Source: Octopus sinensis (taxonomy: Eukaryota). Taken from it: 64,000 nt of DNA. The notes beneath the pieces are model-generated. The model was not told where the DNA came from and did not search any database. It saw only the letters and a program-made list of their open reading frames with translations. Each line of letters opens with the position of its first letter. Within the stretch, counting starts at the first letter, position 1. The translations under genes were made by a program, and so were the position numbers. The stretch covers positions 76,694,001-76,758,000 of the forward strand of contig NC_043001.1 of assembly GCF_006345805.1 (NCBI RefSeq), read 5' to 3'. Of the stretch, positions 56,661 to 64,000 are shown in pieces.

Positions 56661-57802
56661 ACCGTCACACACATATATATATGTGTGTACATATACATAT
56701 ACATATATATGTATCTATTTATGCATGTATGTATGTCTGTATGTATGTGTGTGTATATATGTATGTATATATATATATATATATTTATCTGTGTATATAT
56801 ATATACGTATTTATGTATGCTTGCGTGTGCGTGCGTATGTGTGTGTGTGGTTTGTAATAAGAAAATCTATTTTTGGAGGATCAGTCACTTGTATTCACGA
56901 ATATAAAACCAATATCTTTCTGTTTCTCTTTCTCCCTCTCCCTCTCTTTCTTTCTTTCTTTCTCTCCTTCTCTCTCTTTCTCTGTCTCCCTCTCCCTCTC
57001 TCTCTCTCTCCCCCCCCTCTCTCTCTCTCTCTCTCACTTTCTCTCTCTCTAACGTTAACTAGTTTCAATGTAGCCGATTTCCATGAATAAACGAGATTGA
57101 AAAGACGCAAAAACGAAGCCTAACTGCTTGCCTGCCAGTTCGCCTGCCCGCTTGCCTGACTGCCTGCTTCACTCTTACGTCAACCTCGTTCCGCTTTCAG
57201 ATTAAACAGAAAGATGCATAAAGTGACAACATTGAAAAAGGCCTATTTGTCACTTTTACTACTGAACATATATTTACAAGCTGAATGCAATTACACCCAC
57301 GTTATAACCTTCTATATTAATTCTGAAACAAGCTTTCTTCTTCTATTCATCTTTCAAAATTATTAATTTTGGTAGAAACGCTGCGAGTGACGGACAAAAT
57401 GTTTGAGAGGCGAAGACGTAGTGGCTGTGAGACTAAGAAGCTCGGTTGGTGACCACGCGAAACGGGTTCAGTCCTGCTGCGGTGCACACCATGGTCTTGG
57501 GGGAGTGCCTTCTACTACAGTCTCAGCTCCGCCCCCTCCTCAGGCCAACTAATGCCTTGTGAGTGAATTCGTTTGACGGAGAGTGTGTGAAAGTTCGCCG
57601 TGTGTTCCCCGCGCAAACACTAATCGGACACAGAGAGTGCGTCGTTAGCCAGCTGGAGATGTACTCCGGGGCTAAAAACAACAGTAGCATCGTCCTCTAT
57701 TGGACCGTCACATCTAGTTGGCGATTCCGTACTGCTATTGTTTACTTCTCGCTCAGATATTTAATATTGCTTTTATACATACATACATACACACACACAC
57801 AA

Positions 57803-57837
<35 letters not shown>

Positions 57838-57884
57838 CATATATTCATATATACATACGTATATGTACATGCGTACATCTATAC

Positions 57885-57940
<56 letters not shown>

Positions 57941-57944
57941 CATA

Positions 57945-58400
57945 TGTGGGCACAGGACGTCACGAACCGTATACAACAAAATATACGAAGCGCGAGTACA
58001 TGGAACATGAGCTATTCCTTCGAACAACAAGACACAAATGGAAAACAAAACAAACAACATAAAGAACGGCCCCCTCATCAGTTGTTGGTTGTTCTTCTAG
58101 TCTTGTATTTCGAGCATTTAACAACAATATACGTTTTGATAAAACAGTTGCTCCCGCAAAGCAAATTAAATAAAATTTGAGATTTTGCGGAGGGTCAAAA
58201 TTGGTAACGCAAACAGGACAGTGAAAACAAACAGGAAGGGCTGCTAAGCGTAAACGAGGTTGTCATAGCAAACGCGTAAATCAAGCTAGGACAGGAGACA
58301 AACAAGAACACGTCTTCCTTGTTCCAGCTACAACGGAGCGAAAGAAAGAAAGATAGCCAATGGTCATGTGGGAGCACGTGAGCAAGGGAGGAGGAGTAAG
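57945..58400. repeat. Unclassified interspersed repeat; partial second copy at about 44875-45035
   Basis: Shared gtgggcac...gaacggccc.tcatcagttgt.ggttgtt segments; both adjoin (TA)n. Confidence 0.55.
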
Positions 58401-58437
58401 GGAGAGAGAGTGACATATGTGTGTGTGCTTACTTGGG

Positions 58438-58475
<38 letters not shown>

Positions 58476-58478
<3 letters not shown>

Positions 58479-59145
58479 CGCCGAATGTTAAAACACCTGA
58501 AATCATGGACAGGCGAGATACTCACATGTAATCCCATCGAGGAGTGATGGACATTGCTGTTTCGCCATTTTTGTGCCTTATAAACATCATGTACCCGAAC
58601 AACGAAGCATATACTTTAAGTATATGTTGTTGATAATGTTTATTACACTAATGCTGTTTCATATTTAAAATTTGAATTTATTCTTATGTATGCATTGTCC
58701 GGGCATAAAAATAAAAATAAATGCTCCCTTTTAAAGCCTTCCCGGTTTCATGTGTTCCCCAGCTGGACGGGACGTCAGTCCAGCGCAGCGTTACTCATTT
58801 TTGCAAGCTGGGTGGACTGGAGCAACGTGAAATGAAGTGTTTTCTCAAGAACCCAACGCGTTGCCCGGTCCAGAAATCGAAACCACAATCTTACGATGAT
58901 GGTGCTGACACCCTAACCACTAAGCCACGCGCCTCAAAATTGTCCGGGCATACCCACCACATATTTTGCACGATATATGCATATAAGTCGTTGACTGGCA
59001 AAATGATTCATCTCCGATCCTGTTCGGGTACATGATCTTGAGTCACAGAAATAGTGAAACATCGATGTACGTCGCTCCTTGATGGGATTAGAGGTGAGTT
59101 ATCTCGCCTGTCCATGACTTCCCGGTGTTCTAACATCTGGCGCTT
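58476..59145. mobile_element. MITE with about 135-bp TIRs, containing family C SINE 58708-58938 (14-bp TSD)
   Basis: aagcgcc..tcatggacaggcgagata..taatcccatc..atcatgtacccgaaca is mirrored at 59015-59145; TSD attgtccgggcata at 58694 and 58939. Confidence 0.75.
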
Positions 59146-59558
59146 TCAAGGAGTATTTGCATCACGCCAAATCGCAACCTATTAGCATGTACACGAAGCA
59201 ACAGGGGAAAGAATATTCGATGTAGTAGAGTGTAGTTAATCGAAACTGATGACTCATTCGGTCGCCACTCCGAGTTTTTCCCTTCGTACATTCATTATAG
59301 TTTATAACGACTCACTCAGGGTACAAAGAACCAACTTCACTGACCCTTTTATAGTGACAATAAGATTGTTCAGAGGTAGTGGTCAAATTAGCTTGAAAAC
59401 CAAAGAAATCTGTCCCAAATACTTGCAACGAAGTGGACTGCCCTAATGACACCCAACAACACCGTGTTAGAGTTTTAACTAGATGACAACTTAAGGATAA
59501 CACAGTTATCCCTCGGTTTACACGGTACTCAATTTGCACGGCTTCATTTTCATTTTAG

Positions 59559-59978
59559 TACTCTTTTACTCTTTTACTTGTTTCAGTCATTTGACTGTAG
59601 GTATGCTGGAGCACCGCCTTTAGTGGAGCAAATCGACCCCAGGACTTATTCTTTGTAAGCCTAATACTTATTTTATCGGTCTCTTTTGCCGAACCGCTAC
59701 GTTACGGGGATGTAAACACAACAGCATCGGTGTCAAGCGATGTTGGGGAGGGGGAAAACACAGACACACAAACATATACACACACATACATATATATATA
59801 TATATACATATATACGACGGGCTTCTTTCAGTTTCCGTGTACCAAATCCACTCACAAGGCTTTGGTCGACCCGAGGCTATAGTAGAAGACACTTCCCCAA
59901 GGTGCCACGCAGTGGGACTGAACCCGAAACCATGTGGTTGGTAAGCAAGCTACTTACCGCTCAGTCACTCCTACGCCT
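59559..59978 (-). mobile_element. Full-length family B SINE
   Basis: All modules present. Confidence 0.85.
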
Positions 59979-60873
59979 AGTTTGGGTTTTGATCATTTCT
60001 TTCCTTCTTTTTCTTTTTTCTTGTATAAGTCATGACTGCGACCATGCCGGGGTACTGTCTTGAGGGATTTAGTCGAATAAATCACGTCTAGTATTTATTG
60101 TATCGCTCTCTTATGATGAAGCACTAAGTTGCGGGTCGTAAATATACCCACACCGGTTGTCAGGCGGTGGTGAGGGGACAAGCACAAACATACACACAGT
60201 GCATACATTCATACATACATACATACATACATACATACATACATACCTATATACGTTCGTGCACACGCGTGCGTGCTCATATATATTCCTTTCTACTATA
60301 GGCACAAGGGCTGAAATTTGGGCGGGGAAACAGTAAGACGATTTACATCGATTCCAGTACTCAACTAGTATTTATTTTATCGACCCTGAAAGGATGATAT
60401 GTAAAATCGTCCTCGGTGGAATTTGAACTTATATCATAGAGCAGACGAAATGCCGTTAAGGATTTTGCCCGGCGTACTAACGATTCTGCCAGTTTGCCGT
60501 CCGACGCACGCATATATCACGTGATCACGTAACCGTCCAGGCTATTAGATGTTGTTACACATCGCTGGTCACAAAGCGTTTTGAATTGTTTAAGCCTTTA
60601 AATGACGCTACCCCGCTGTCTAGGCGAATAGGCCAACATTCCCCACTGATTGAAAGTGGGGCTGGAGCAACGTGAAATGAAATATTCTGCTCAAGAACAC
60701 AACGTGCAACCTAATCAGGGAATCGAACCCACGATCTAGCGATCTTGAGTGCAACAGCCTAACCACTAAGCCATGAGCCTTCACGCACATATATTGAAAT
60801 TAAATCTCGAATTACATATAAAGCTAAATAGCAGCTTGTAAATATAGGATTGACTAGATAGATAGATAGATAG

Positions 60874-60925
<52 letters not shown>

Positions 60926-61708
60926 GAAGACAGTTGCATGTGTGTCATCATGTGAGTTGTACATCATTCAAACCAGCTACCCATCCCCTCCCTAAGACAT
61001 CACATACCTCGCCAATCAACTGATGACAAGACACTCTTATAACCATTTTAAGGGTTGTTTCTTCTAAAAAGACGTAGTATCATGAACACCCCTATCACCA
61101 TCCCCATCGTCATGTGGTTGAGAAGTGTTAGTATGTGTGTGTATGTACGTGTTCAAGTGTATGTGGATGTATATATAACGAATGTGTATGTTTGTTGATG
61201 TATGTTAATTTATGTTAATATATGAATGCGTGTGTTGTTGAGATACCAGAAAGTTGCACAACATATCTGGTTTCTATCTTATCAGTGAATGTTTTTTTCT
61301 TATAATAGGTCTAATGCACACACTCACACATAACACACAGATGCATATACATTTGCACACGCATAGATATACGCACGTTCACATATATACGTATCTCTAT
61401 GTACAAATAAACGTAAGAAAATGTACAAAGACATGTTGTCTTAATCTCCAAGCATACACACTGATAATAATCCTTTGTACTATTGGGACAAGGCCTGAAT
61501 TTTAGGGGAGGGGACTAGTCGATTACGTCGACCCCAGTGCTCGACAGGTACTTAATTCATCGACCCGCAAAGGTAAAAATTCAACTCCGGTAGAATTTGA
61601 ACGCAGAACTTAATGACTGACAATATACCACGAAGCATTTTGCCCGGTGTGCTCATGATTCTGCCAGCTCACTGTCTTACGGTCGCTGCTAATAATGTGT
61701 CCAAGTAA

Positions 61709-62105
61709 GGCGGTGAGCTGACAGAAACGTTAGCACGCCGGGCGAAATGCGTAGTCGTATTTCGTCTGCCGTTACGTTCTGAGTTCAAATTCCGCCGAGG
61801 TCGACTTTGCCTTTCATCCTTTCGGGGTCGATTAAATAAGTACCAGTTACGCACTGGGGTCGATATAATCGACTTAATCCGTTTGTCTGTCCTTGTTTGT
61901 CCTCTCTGTGTTTGGCCCCTTGTGGGTAGTAAAGAAATAGGTATTTCGTCTGCTGCTACGTTCTGAGTTCAAATTCCGCTGAGGTCGACTTTGCCTTTTA
62001 TTCTTCTGAGGTCGCTAAAATAAGTATCAGTTGCGTACTGGAGTCGATCTAATCGACTGGCCCCTCCCCAAAAATTTCGGACCTTGTGCCTAGAGTAGAA
62101 AAGAT
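61709..62105 (+). mobile_element. Family A SINE tandem dimer
   Basis: A complete copy is followed at about 61941 by a 5'-truncated copy with the alternative tail. Confidence 0.85.
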
Positions 62106-62314
62106 TAGTACGCTCAAGTAAAAATGTATTTCAACCTCTCTGATTTACTGATAAACCTTCGGTGCTATTGTGAGGTCTGATCTACCGCGGTATCCATAAG
62201 TTACATTGTGAAATGGCCTGATCTTTCTACTGAGAACTCAGTTGGTTTTGTGACCTTTTATGGTATGACTGTTACCTGTGCATATCTTTGATGGCTATGA
62301 TTTTGATGATTATG

Positions 62315-62634
62315 GTTGGTTGTTGTTGTTGTTTGTTCGTTCGTTCTCGAGCCACGCCTGGCTCATAGGGCCGGTTTCCCGGTTTCCTTGGCGTATAGGT
62401 TCCCCACCTGGACGGGACGCCGGTCCGTCGCAGGTGAGCTGCATGATGCAGGAGGAAAGAGTGAGAGAAAGTTGTGACGAAAGAGTCAGCAGAAGTTCGC
62501 CATTACTTTCTGCCGGAACTGCGTGGAGCTTAGATGTTTTGCTCATAAACACACATATCGCCCGGTCTGAGATTCGAATCCGCGATCCCTCAACCGCGAG
62601 TCCGCTGCTCTAACCACTAGGCCATGTGCCTCCA
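62315..62634 (-). mobile_element. Family D-head SINE with alternative (CAA)n tail
   Basis: Head and middle match 33776-34158; the 3' part differs and ends in (CAA)n. Confidence 0.75.
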
Positions 62635-63143
62635 TAGTTGGTATGATTAAGTATGTTATCTACAATAATAAACGCGAAATTGTGTCTGTCCATCCGAGAT
62701 ACCTGTATCTCAGTCTACATTTACTCTACATAGGCATATTATACCCTTTTAAAATCAGGATGATCCCGGGGTTGAAAATTTGCCTTTCATTTGGTTCTTG
62801 AACATCCAGCATTAGGATCAGGTCTAGATCAGTATTTGTTATATGCTAAGTTGAAAATTCAAATTTTAAAAGAACTCAAAAAATTTGTGAACTTACAAGT
62901 TTTTCATTTGAACTAAATTTATAGTAATACCATATTGGTAGCGTACCAATAAATGCTTTATTATAATTGCTGTCTTAGTTTTGGGCCCACAGGCCCAATT
63001 AACCCTCTGGAGGAGCTAGAGTAAAAGCCCGCCCGGAGTGTGGTTTTTAAGCTAGTTAATAATAAATCATTATTCAACAATATTTAAGGTGCTATTTTAG
63101 CATGCGATCTGCCGCAGTATACGTAGTCTACGTTGGTACAGGA

Positions 63144-63229
63144 CTAGGATTAGGGTTTGAGTTTAAGATAAGGATCAGGGTTTAGGGTTAGAGTCAGAGC
63201 TTAGGGTTGGGGGTTAGGATTATGGTTAA
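63144..63229 (+). repeat. Degenerate (TTAGGG)-like array
   Basis: ttaggg, tcaggg, ttagag, ttagga and ttatgg hexamers in register. Confidence 0.6.
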
Positions 63230-63479
63230 ACTGTACGCTAAAGTGTAAATGGCCACGTTGACCGCACACTCAAGTGCAACCTTATTTAGCTTGTTTTTAT
63301 CATCCTGGAGTATAAAATTCTTGCATTGGAGGTAGACTTCACCCTGATGTGTAAATATGCTGGTAGACCACACGCTGAAGTGGCACCAAGCCCTCTGTGT
63401 TGTCTTTCCGTACCCTCTTTAACACTCAATACCCCCAAATGGTTTTGTAATATCTTTGTAAGGCATTTTATTATTAGTA

Positions 63480-63710
63480 TGGAGGAAGGTCGCGAGCTGG
63501 CAAAATCGTTAACAAACCGGGCAAAAATTCTAAGCAGCGTTTCGTCCATCTTTACTTTCTGAGTTCAAATTCCACCGAGGACGACTTTGCTATTTATCCT
63601 TTTGGGATCCATGAAATAAATGCCAGATGAAAAGGTGAGTCGATATAATCGACTAGTCCCCTTCTCCCAAAATTTCAGGCCTTATGCCCATAATAAAAAA
63701 GAAAGGATTA
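63480..63710 (+). mobile_element. Family A SINE, degraded
   Basis: gcgagctggcaaaatcgttaac...ctgagttcaaattccacc head. Confidence 0.75.
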
Positions 63711-64000
63711 TTAGTATAGATAAACACCAGTGGTAGTATAAGATGATTCTTTCTGTAGCAAGACACCTTTTCACCGATCTACGAAGTCTTAGATTATTGC
63801 CAAGTTCTTATTGAATAAAATTCAAGCAAACCTACTCAAGTATTTCTCACCCACGAATGACTGTGTTTACGTGTAACTTTCAGAAAAATAATTTTCTACA
63901 AATACTTTTCAGTTGGTGTAAATTTCGATTATATTGGAATTTGTCGAGAAAACTCTTTTCGAAGAGCTCGAAGAGGTGTTTTGGATAATTCACATGAGTT

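Noticed and set aside
59230-59275. Hammerhead at ctgatgactcattcggtc (also ctgatgacgctc near 39560, minus)
   Set aside because: No correctly placed GAAA or stems; likely chance heptamers.

Overview
Eukaryotic, AT-rich, repeat-saturated window. The SINE families and microsatellite style are what I recognise from Octopus (cephalopod) genomes; that assignment is an inference from memory, not a search. No host gene is confidently supported. There is one weak candidate exon, and most ORF-track entries are translations of microsatellites. The window is a layered transposon fossil record. DNA elements: two Tc1, several mariner/maT, pogo/Tigger, one hAT with an 8-bp TSD, a Kolobok-type MITE and Helitron/Helentron derivatives. 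Retroelements: a near-intact 5'-truncated CR1-clade RT, R4/Dong-type RLE LINE ends, a decayed DIRS, several Penelope-like elements (PLEs) and many tRNA-derived SINEs. The most interesting signal is RNA structure. About nine hammerhead-ribozyme motifs sit at PLE ends, several in fold-back inverted duplications centred just 5' of the ribozyme core, and some carry the compensatory U3-A8 core variant. A complete HDV-like ribozyme fold heads a short ORF-less RTE-like element. A LINE/SINE 3' tail pair shows compensatory stem changes. All structures were folded by eye and none is shown to be active. Coordinates of degraded repeats are approximate.
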